Shown here piece by piece: positions 19,398 through 26,746 of a stretch of DNA of 55,585 bases. How positions within the stretch are numbered: the first letter of the stretch is position 1; each line of letters begins with the position of its first letter. The position numbers were made by a program, and so were the translations under genes. The stretch is from positions 1 to 55,585 of the forward strand of contig DASUGC010000111.1 of assembly GCA_036274235.1 (NCBI GenBank). The letters run 5' to 3'. The notes under the pieces are model-generated. The model worked only from the letters and a program-made list of their open reading frames with translations, had not been told where the DNA came from and made no database searches. The DNA comes from Vicinamibacterales bacterium. Its GTDB lineage: Bacteria; Acidobacteriota; Vicinamibacteria; Vicinamibacterales; SCN-69-37.

Positions 19398-20705
19398 ATG
19401 ACGATCATTCGTACACTTCGCGCGCACGCACTCATGGTGCTCGGTGCGGTGACGCTGCTGCTGACGCATGCGGCGCCCGCCGCGGCGCAGATCCAACCCA
19501 CCATAACCGGTCTGACGTTTGAGCCCGTGCTCGCGCCGCAGGGCGGCTCGCTGACCGTGAAGGACTGGATTAAACAGCCGACGATGATCGGCGGCGGTTA
19601 TCGCGACGAGCTGGCCAGGCGCGGATTCACGTTCGAGGCGTCCTGGACCCAGTTCTTCCAGAACTCACCGGACACGGGCGATACGCGCGTCTGGGACTAC
19701 GGCGGCAAGCTCGACGCGAAGATGACGCAGGACTTCAGCAACATGGGCTGGGAAGGCCTGACGGGCACGGCGCATGTCGCCTTCCGGTATGGTGACGTGC
19801 CGCTTCTGGCCGGCGGCACCTTCGTACCGACGAGCTCCGCGCTGCTGTTCCCGGAAAATGAGGGCGCGTCGGCACGAGTCACCAGCTTCTATCTGACGAA
19901 GATGTTCGGCACGAACACGATGCTGCAGGCGGGCCGATTCGACAACCTCGATCGGTACGACCACACCTTCACCGGTGGAAACGGGATCGACAAGTTCAAC
20001 AACCTGGCGTTTGTGCTGCCGCCGCTGTACGCGCGTACGATTCCCCCGGTGGCCGAGGGCGTCTTCTTTACGGCGCTGAAGAACGCCGAGCCCTTCGTGA
20101 CCGTGGGTCTGCTCGAATCAACGGAGAAGGGATTCTTCAAGAACGGCGCGACGTTCTACGCGTCGGTCGCAGTGCCGCGCAGGTTCTTCGCCACGCCGTC
20201 GCACTACGTCTTCAACGTCACGGCGAGCGGGACGACGCTGACGTCCCTCGAACAGAGCCCGTACGTGTTCATTCCTCCGTTCGAGACGCCGCTCGCGACG
20301 GAAAGCAACGCATGGACATTTGATTTCACGTTCGATCAGTACTTGATCTGGGATCCCTCGACGAAGACCGGAATCGGGTTGTTCGGGATGATCGGCGCGT
20401 CGGACTCGAATCCGAGTCCCGTCGACATCTTCGGCCACATCGGCGTCGGGGGCAACAGCCCGATCAAGGGCCGGAGCCAGGATAACTTCGGCGTGGGCTA
20501 CTACTTCAACGGCATCAGCAACACCCTGGAAGAGACGCTGGCCCCGCTGGTGCGGACGCGCGACGAGAACGGCTTCGAAGCGTTCTACAACGTCGCGGTG
20601 ACCGGCTGGAGCAAGGTGACGGCGGATGTGCAGTTCATCGATCCGTTCGCGGTGGGATCGAAGACGCGGGGATTCTTCTCGATCAGGTGGAAGCTTGTGT
20701 TCTAA
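19398..20705 (+). CDS. carbohydrate-selective porin, OprB-like
   Basis: I trimmed it to ATG 19398 (MTIIRTLRAHALMVLGAVTLLLTHAAPAAAQ). The C-terminal block NGFEAFYNVAVTGWSKVTADVQFIDPF and terminal FSIRWKLVF resemble the OprB family. Confidence 0.6.
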   Translation: MTIIRTLRAHALMVLGAVTLLLTHAAPAAAQIQPTITGLTFEPVLAPQGGSLTVKDWIKQPTMIGGGYRDELARRGFTFEASWTQFFQNSPDTGDTRVWDYGGKLDAKMTQDFSNMGWEGLTGTAHVAFRYGDVPLLAGGTFVPTSSALLFPENEGASARVTSFYLTKMFGTNTMLQAGRFDNLDRYDHTFTGGNGIDKFNNLAFVLPPLYARTIPPVAEGVFFTALKNAEPFVTVGLLESTEKGFFKNGATFYASVAVPRRFFATPSHYVFNVTASGTTLTSLEQSPYVFIPPFETPLATESNAWTFDFTFDQYLIWDPSTKTGIGLFGMIGASDSNPSPVDIFGHIGVGGNSPIKGRSQDNFGVGYYFNGISNTLEETLAPLVRTRDENGFEAFYNVAVTGWSKVTADVQFIDPFAVGSKTRGFFSIRWKLVF

Positions 20706-20730
20706 AGCGTGAAACGGGACAACGGGACGG

Positions 20731-21321
20731 TCACTTCCTCTTCGGGAACTTCGCCACGATCTTCGTCATGGCTTCCTTGACGTTCCTGGCGCGTTGCTCC
20801 TCGGAGTTCGTGAGTTCGACGCGCGATTCCGCGACGCCTCGCCAGACCAGCGCGCCGCCCGCTGGCGCGGCCGCGTCGAGCACAATGGAGCCTTGCGGCG
20901 ACAGATCGAGATGCTGCGTCGCCGGCGGAAACATCGGCAGTCCCCACGTCGCGTTGGTCGGCAGGAACTGGCCCATGGCCTGCGACGTGGTGCCGGTGGC
21001 GATGAACACGTAATAGATCAATTGAAAGTCCGGCGCGGCGCCGGCGGTGGCCATCGTGTAGCCGCGCTTGACCATCTCCTCTTCGACCGTCTTCATCAGG
21101 AGCGGCTCATACTGCCGCTTGACGGGCTCCGCGCGCGCGTTTGAATCCTTCGACAGCAGAATCTTCACCTCCCCGGGATGCGGGTGCCAGGCGAACGTCT
21201 TCAGCTTCGTGAAATCGAATTTCTTGTCGATCTCCGTGCGGACGTTGATGCCCGCGACCGCGACGGCGGAGCCGAGCAGCAAGACAAGCGCGACCGTCAG
21301 GGCGTGAACTCTGGAAGTCAT
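20731..21321 (-). CDS. DUF4136 domain protein, paralogue 2
   Basis: I trimmed it to ATG 21321 (MTSRVHALTVALVLLLGSAVAVAG signal). It contains DKKFDFTKLKTFAWHP.., VEEEMVKRGYTM..DFQLIYYV.., GSIVLDAAAPAGGALVWRGVAE. Confidence 0.7.
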   Translation of the reverse strand: MTSRVHALTVALVLLLGSAVAVAGINVRTEIDKKFDFTKLKTFAWHPHPGEVKILLSKDSNARAEPVKRQYEPLLMKTVEEEMVKRGYTMATAGAAPDFQLIYYVFIATGTTSQAMGQFLPTNATWGLPMFPPATQHLDLSPQGSIVLDAAAPAGGALVWRGVAESRVELTNSEEQRARNVKEAMTKIVAKFPKRK

Positions 21322-21487
21322 AGCCCGATTATCCATGCCAGTTGGATGCCGTACGACGCCGATTGGCCTGGACGGCGCGGCTCCGGCCTCTGACGGCCCA
21401 TCGTGATGATCCGGTGGCGGCCTCGACCGCTTGCCGTGAGAGCGGCCTGATCTCGCTCGAAACGCAAGAGCTTGCGAGCGGCTCGTC

Positions 21488-21502
21488 CGGCACTCTTTTT
21501 GC
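21488..21502 (+). promoter_or_regulatory. candidate sigma-54 (-24/-12) promoter cGGCACtctttTTGC
   Basis: GGCAC-N5-TTGC is exact apart from the first T. It lies in the divergent intergenic region, 66 nt upstream of ATG 21568 and 15 nt upstream of in-frame GTG 21517. Confidence 0.5.
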
Positions 21503-21567
21503 CCCTTGCGGTGGCCGTGAACTATCGAACTGCAGACGGAGTCTGCCTGAGTATCCGGGCTTCGGCC

Positions 21568-23115
21568 ATGGTGTTCGTGCTGGCCGCGGTGCCCGGGGCC
21601 GCGCAAGGCCAATCCAATGAACAGGCGCCCACCGAGGTGGCGTGCACATCGACGGCAGGGACGCGTGCCGAATGTCCGGCCAACGCCTCAGCGGGCGCGG
21701 TGCTTCTGAAATCGACGAGCCCGGCGCGTTGTGAGCTGGGAAAGACGTGGGGGTTCGACGACACGCGGATCTGGGTGAGTGACGGTTGCTCGGCGACGTT
21801 TGCGGTGGCGCAAGCCCCGCCCGTTCCGGCGCCAACCCCTGCGCCTGATCCGGCCCCGCCGCAAACCGGCAAGACCGGATTTCTGTCGGCGCCTCCGCCC
21901 AAGCAGGGTGCGGAGCAGATTGAGACCTGGGGCGAGTTCGACCCCGGCAAGGGCTTCCTCGTCGGCCGCAGCGACGCCGGCGAACTCGAGATCAGCGCGT
22001 ACGGGTTGATTCGCTACATGAACCAGATGCCGGCGCACGCGACCTTTCTCGACCATCTCGGGAACGAACGGACCGTGGACGGGCGCAACGATCTCTATCC
22101 GCACCGCATCATGGTCTTTTTCAAAGGCTGGCTCGGCAACGAGAAGCTCGTCTACAACATTTTTTTCTGGACCGTGAATCCGACCGATCAGAAGAACTTT
22201 TTCGCCACCGTCGGCTACCAGTTCGGCAAGCGCTTCAGTCTGTATGCCGGTCTGAACGGTTTGCCCGGGACGCGCTCGCTGCAAGGATCGCATCCGTACT
22301 GGCTCGGCCACGATCGCGTCATGGCGGACGAGTTCTTTCGTCCGTACTTTTCCAACGGCATCTGGGCCCAGGGCCAATTGACGCCTGGACTCTGGTACAA
22401 CGTCATGGCCTCGAACAACCTCAGCGCGCTCGGCATCAAGGCGACTCAGCTCGATCGCAAGTGGGGCTGGGGCGGGTCGGCCTGGTGGATGCCGACTACG
22501 AAGGAATTCGGTCCCCGCGGCGGCTACGGCGACTGGGAATATCACGACAAGCTCGCCACGCGAATCGGCGTGTCGACGACCTACAGCCCGGAAGAGCGCT
22601 ACACGGACGCCAACACGGGCGGGACCGGCAACACGACGGTCAAGCTGGCCGACAGCCTGAACATTTTCGATACCGGCGCGCTGGCGCCGGGCGTGACCGT
22701 GAACTACGTGGACTACCGCCTGCTCTCCATCGACGCCGGCCTGAAATACAAGGGCATCTTTCTGCAGACGGAACTCTATTTTCGCGAATTGGACCTGTTC
22801 CGGGCGGACGGCCCGCTGCCGCTCAGCGACATTCACGACAAGGGCTTCTACGTCCAGGGCGCGTTCTTCCCGATCAAGAAGAAGATTGAGGTGTACGCGG
22901 CCACGTCGCAGATCTACGGCGACAAGAGCAACGGCTTCAGCAACGCCAGCGAGTACATCGCGGGCGGCAACTGGTATCCGTTCGACACGCGCAATCACCG
23001 GCTCAACCTGCAGTACCAGAAGGTCAATCATTCACCGGTGAGCAGCACGTTCGGCTACTACGTCGGCGGCCAGACCGGCCACACGTTCTCGACGGCGTTT
23101 TCGGTCTTCTTCTAA
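21568..23115 (+). CDS. fusion of an N-terminal Cys-rich DUF3011-like domain and a large porin-like beta-barrel
   Basis: The N-terminus VACTSTAGTRAECPANASAGAVLLKSTSPARCELGKTWGFDDTRIWVSDGCSATFAV matches the DUF3011 pattern (C..C..C..WG.d..giWV..GC.a.F). A Pro-rich linker APPVPAPTPAPDPAPPQ follows, then about 400 aa of barrel ending TFSTAFSVFF. The start is uncertain: ATG 21568, or in-frame GTG 21517/21511. Confidence 0.65.
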   Translation: MVFVLAAVPGAAQGQSNEQAPTEVACTSTAGTRAECPANASAGAVLLKSTSPARCELGKTWGFDDTRIWVSDGCSATFAVAQAPPVPAPTPAPDPAPPQTGKTGFLSAPPPKQGAEQIETWGEFDPGKGFLVGRSDAGELEISAYGLIRYMNQMPAHATFLDHLGNERTVDGRNDLYPHRIMVFFKGWLGNEKLVYNIFFWTVNPTDQKNFFATVGYQFGKRFSLYAGLNGLPGTRSLQGSHPYWLGHDRVMADEFFRPYFSNGIWAQGQLTPGLWYNVMASNNLSALGIKATQLDRKWGWGGSAWWMPTTKEFGPRGGYGDWEYHDKLATRIGVSTTYSPEERYTDANTGGTGNTTVKLADSLNIFDTGALAPGVTVNYVDYRLLSIDAGLKYKGIFLQTELYFRELDLFRADGPLPLSDIHDKGFYVQGAFFPIKKKIEVYAATSQIYGDKSNGFSNASEYIAGGNWYPFDTRNHRLNLQYQKVNHSPVSSTFGYYVGGQTGHTFSTAFSVFF

Positions 23116-23125
23116 AGGTCCGGAC

Positions 23126-24235
23126 ATGACGCGCAGCTGGACACTCGGAGTCGTGGGGTTCGTGGGCGGCGTCGCGCTGGCCGGCGCATGGCTCCTGGCG
23201 GCGTCATCGCGCGCGCATCCCGGACCACCGGAGCCTGCGCCGGCGGCCCAGGCCTACGAGCTGAACGATTCGCATTTCCATCTGACCAATTACGCGCAGG
23301 AAGGCACCGACATCCGGGCCTTCCTGAAAATCATGGGCAACCGCGTCGGCCGCGTCGCGCTCTTCGGCATCCCCCTGCAGCAGATGTGGGACAAGAACAA
23401 CACCGGCGACTTCGCGCCGACCTACTACCTGCAAAGCGATGCCCCGCTCTACTACTACTCCTTTACGGACGCGTTCATCGCGATGGCGTACCGGTCGTTG
23501 GCACCGGCCGAACGGGCTCGATTCGATCCGATGATCACGGGCTTCAATCCCGCCGACATGTACGCCGCCGATCACATCAAGCGCGTGCTGCTGACGTTTC
23601 CGGGCGTGTTCTCCGGGATCGGCGAGTTCACCATCCACAAGGAGTTCGTGTCGTCGAAGATTCCGGGCAAGACGGCGAGCCTGCTGGATCCGGCGCTCGA
23701 TCGCATCCTCGATTTCACCGCGGAGACCGGCCTCGTCGCCATTCTGCACAACGACATCGACATGCCGTTTCCGAAGCCCGGCCAGGAGCCGTGGATCGTG
23801 CCGCAGTTCCGCGAACTGGTGGCGCGCCATCCGAACTCGGTCGTGATCTGGGCCCACGCCGGCGTCGGCCGCATTGTCCATCCCCTCAAAGACCAGCTGG
23901 GGATGATGGAACGCGGCCTGGCATCGCCGCAGGCCGGGAATTTCTACGTCGACATCTCCTGGACGGAACTGGCGAAGTATGTCACCGAGACGCCCGAGTC
24001 CGCGGCGGCGATGGCCGACCTCATCAATCGCTACCCGGATCGGTTTCTGTTCGGGACAGACGAGGTGGCGCCGGCCGATGAAAAGTCCTATCTCAAGATC
24101 GTTGACATGTACCAGCCGATGTTCGCCCGGCTGACGCCGGACGCGAAACAGAAGCTGCTCAAAGGGAACTACGAACGCCTCTTCGACGAGGCGCGACGGA
24201 AGGTGCGGGCGTGGGAAGCCGCACACGGCAAGTAA
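23126..24235 (+). CDS. secreted/membrane-anchored amidohydrolase-2 (TIM-barrel metal hydrolase) family protein
   Basis: 369 aa with N-terminal hydrophobic anchor WTLGVVGFVGGVALAGAWLLAA. Metal motif DSHFHL, plus later ILHND and WAHAG His residues. The start is 10 nt after the porin stop. Confidence 0.6.
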   Translation: MTRSWTLGVVGFVGGVALAGAWLLAASSRAHPGPPEPAPAAQAYELNDSHFHLTNYAQEGTDIRAFLKIMGNRVGRVALFGIPLQQMWDKNNTGDFAPTYYLQSDAPLYYYSFTDAFIAMAYRSLAPAERARFDPMITGFNPADMYAADHIKRVLLTFPGVFSGIGEFTIHKEFVSSKIPGKTASLLDPALDRILDFTAETGLVAILHNDIDMPFPKPGQEPWIVPQFRELVARHPNSVVIWAHAGVGRIVHPLKDQLGMMERGLASPQAGNFYVDISWTELAKYVTETPESAAAMADLINRYPDRFLFGTDEVAPADEKSYLKIVDMYQPMFARLTPDAKQKLLKGNYERLFDEARRKVRAWEAAHGK

Positions 24236-24297
24236 CCGCGAATCGCGGGTTCACGGCGTCAGTGAGCGGTCAATCACACATGAGGGAGAGAGCAGGA

Positions 24298-25587
24298 ATG
24301 AGACGAGACAACCGGCACATTCGGTACGCGCAGTGGGGCATCGCCTTGATCATGGTTCTGGGCCTCGCCGCGAGCGCGGCGGCGCAAACGCAGGCCGACA
24401 CGCCGCCATTCACGACGCCGCCGGCCACGGTGTCCACGGCGCCGGCGCCGGCGACGCAGGGTCGGGCGTCGATGACGGTCTACGGGTTTGCCATGCTCGA
24501 CATCGGGCAGAACTTCAAGACCATCAACCCGAACTGGTTCGACACCATGCGCGTCACGAAGCTGCCGTCGTTCGCGGGCCAGTTCGGCGAAGACAACAGC
24601 ACGTTCGCCGGCGTCCGCCAGTCGCGCCTGGGCGTCAAGGCGACCACGCCGACCGCGCTGGGCGATCTGAAGACCACGTTCGAATTCGAAATGTTCGGGG
24701 TGGGCGTCGACGAGGGCCAGACCACGTTCAGGCTGCGCCACGCCTACGGCGAACTGGGCCACTTCGGCGCGGGGCAGTACTGGAGCGTGTTCATGGATCC
24801 GGACGTGTTCCCGAACTCCCTCGAATACTGGGGACCGACGGGCATGGTGTTCTTCCGGAACGTCCAGGTCCGCTGGATGCCGATCATGACCGACAAGCAC
24901 TCGGTGACCCTCGCGCTCGAACGGCCGGGCGCGAGCGGTGATCCGGGGATGCTGTCGAATCGCGTGGAACTCCAGAACATCATGGGCCGGAGCCCGGCGC
25001 CGGACTTCACCGGCGCCTACCTGATGAACTTCAACAAAGGCTACGTCCGGGTGGCCGGCGCGGTCCGCCGCATCGCGTGGGACGATCAGTTGAACGATCA
25101 GTTCGATCTGAGCGGTTCGGCGACTGGCTGGGGCCTGAATTTCAGCTCGAATCTGAAGCCGACGTCCAGGGACGTCGTCCGAATCCAGGTGGTCTACGGC
25201 GAAGGCATTCAGAACTACATGAACGACTCGCCGGTCGATGTCGGCATCGCGTCAAATCCGGGCAGCGCCGTCAGCCCGATCAAGGGCGAAACGATTCCGA
25301 TTCTCGGCACGGTGTTGTTCCTGGATCACACCTGGAACGACAAGTGGACCAGCACCGTCGGCTTCTCGCATCAGGACAACAAGAACACCGAGCTGCAGTC
25401 GGCCGACGCGTTTCATCGCGGCTACTACGCGCTCGGCAACCTGCTCTACACGCCGGTGGCCGGCGTGATGATGGGCGGCGAATTCCAGTGGGGCCGTCGC
25501 GAGAACAATTCTGACGGCTGGAAGTACGACGGCTACAAGCTTCAGTTCTCGTTCAAATACAACTTCTCGTACAAGCTCGGAGGCTAG
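24298..25587 (+). CDS. DcaP-like outer-membrane porin
   Basis: Signal peptide WGIALIMVLGLAASAAAQ. Family-like blocks are VRQSRLGVKA, TFRLRHAYGELGHFGAGQYWSVFMDPDVFP, WGPTGMVFFRNVQVRW, and terminal KLQFSFKYNFSYKLGG. ATG 24298 follows GGGAGAG. ATG 24280 is an alternative start. Confidence 0.7.
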   Translation: MRRDNRHIRYAQWGIALIMVLGLAASAAAQTQADTPPFTTPPATVSTAPAPATQGRASMTVYGFAMLDIGQNFKTINPNWFDTMRVTKLPSFAGQFGEDNSTFAGVRQSRLGVKATTPTALGDLKTTFEFEMFGVGVDEGQTTFRLRHAYGELGHFGAGQYWSVFMDPDVFPNSLEYWGPTGMVFFRNVQVRWMPIMTDKHSVTLALERPGASGDPGMLSNRVELQNIMGRSPAPDFTGAYLMNFNKGYVRVAGAVRRIAWDDQLNDQFDLSGSATGWGLNFSSNLKPTSRDVVRIQVVYGEGIQNYMNDSPVDVGIASNPGSAVSPIKGETIPILGTVLFLDHTWNDKWTSTVGFSHQDNKNTELQSADAFHRGYYALGNLLYTPVAGVMMGGEFQWGRRENNSDGWKYDGYKLQFSFKYNFSYKLGG

Positions 25588-25589
25588 TG

Positions 25590-26627
25590 ATGATGACAAG
25601 TCCACGTTCGATTCGTGCCGGCGCGCTGCTGGTGGGAGCCGCGTTGCTGGCGGTCTCTCCGCTCGTCCGTGCGCAGGCGCCCGCTGATATCCAGAAGGCC
25701 ATTGACGCCGCGTACTCGAAGTACCAGAACCTGCAGGAAGGCAAGAACGCCGACTACATTCCGGCGCTGGCGAAGGTCGATCCCAAGCTGTACGGCATCG
25801 CGCTGGTGACGGCCGACGGGAAGGTGTACACGGCGGGCAACGTGGCCACCGAAGTGTCGATTCAGTCCATCTCCAAGGTGTTCACGGCGGCCCAGGTGAT
25901 TCAGGAGCAGGGCCTGGACTCGATCGAGAAGCGGATTGGCGTTGACGCGACAGGCGCGCGATTCAATTCGATCATCGCGGTGGAGAGCGTGAAGGTCGTG
26001 TCCGGCGCCGGCGCGCCGGAGATGAACCCGCTGGTCAACCCCGGCGCGATTTCCGCCACCAGCATGGTGACGGGCGCGACGGCCGACGCGGTGTGGGCCA
26101 AAATCATCGGCATCCACAACGACATGGCCGGCCGGAATCTGTCCGTGCTGCAGGATGTCTACAAGTCCGAGTCCGACTCCAACCAGCGCAATCAGGCGAT
26201 CGGCGCCCTCATGCTCGCATACGGCTACATCAAGTCGAACTGGGCGCAGGCCGTGGATCTCTACACGCGCCAGTGCTCGATCGGCGTCAACGCGAAGGAC
26301 CTGGGCGTCATGGCCGCGACGCTGGCCTTCGGCGGCAGGAATCCGCTGACCGGCAAGCAGGTCATGGACCCCGCGAAGGTGCCGGGCGTTCTCGCCATCA
26401 TGGCGACCGCCGGTCTCTATGACGACTCCGGCAAGTGGCTGTATCACACCGGCCTGCCGGCCAAGAGCGGCGTCGGCGGCGGCATCATCGCCGTCTCGCC
26501 GGGCAAGTTCGGCATCGCCGTCGTGTCGCCGCCGCTCGATGACGCCGGGAACAGCGTCCGGGCGCAGAAGGCGATCGCGGACATCTCCAACGCGCTCGGC
26601 GGCAATCCGTACGCCGTCAGGAAGTAG
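25590..26627 (+). CDS. glsA: glutaminase A with N-terminal signal peptide
   Basis: About 345 aa with the serine-beta-lactamase-like glutaminase motif IQSISKVFTAAQV. Other blocks are NPLVNPGAI, LPAKSGVGGGIIAV and VVSPPLDDAGNSVRAQ. The N-terminus MMTSPRSIRAGALLVGAALLAVSPLVRAQAP looks like a Sec signal. The start region overlaps the upstream stop (TAGTGATGATG). Confidence 0.9.
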   Translation: MMTSPRSIRAGALLVGAALLAVSPLVRAQAPADIQKAIDAAYSKYQNLQEGKNADYIPALAKVDPKLYGIALVTADGKVYTAGNVATEVSIQSISKVFTAAQVIQEQGLDSIEKRIGVDATGARFNSIIAVESVKVVSGAGAPEMNPLVNPGAISATSMVTGATADAVWAKIIGIHNDMAGRNLSVLQDVYKSESDSNQRNQAIGALMLAYGYIKSNWAQAVDLYTRQCSIGVNAKDLGVMAATLAFGGRNPLTGKQVMDPAKVPGVLAIMATAGLYDDSGKWLYHTGLPAKSGVGGGIIAVSPGKFGIAVVSPPLDDAGNSVRAQKAIADISNALGGNPYAVRK

Positions 26628-26632
26628 TCGCA

Positions 26633-26676
26633 GCCGGGCCTGATTTCCCTCGATCGGCTGGGGAATCAGGCCCGGT
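26633..26676 (+). terminator. stem-loop after glsA
   Basis: GCCGGGCCTGATTTCCC (26633-26649) pairs with GGGGAATCAGGCCCGG (26660-26675), 16 of 17 by eye. TCTCGTTTC follows. It separates the porin/glutaminase operon from the GH63 gene. Confidence 0.55.
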
Positions 26677-26746
26677 CTCGTTTCAACCGCCGAAGCCTGG
26701 TCTTTTGCTCTCCGACGGTCTCAGGGTGATGCGACCGGAGAGATCC

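Noticed and set aside
21322-21345. CTGGCATGGATAATCGG on the minus strand upstream of DUF4136 paralogue 2 as a sigma-54 site
   Set aside because: The spacing gives CG rather than GC at the -12 position, and the motif abuts or overlaps the start codon region (ATG 21321 / 21336).
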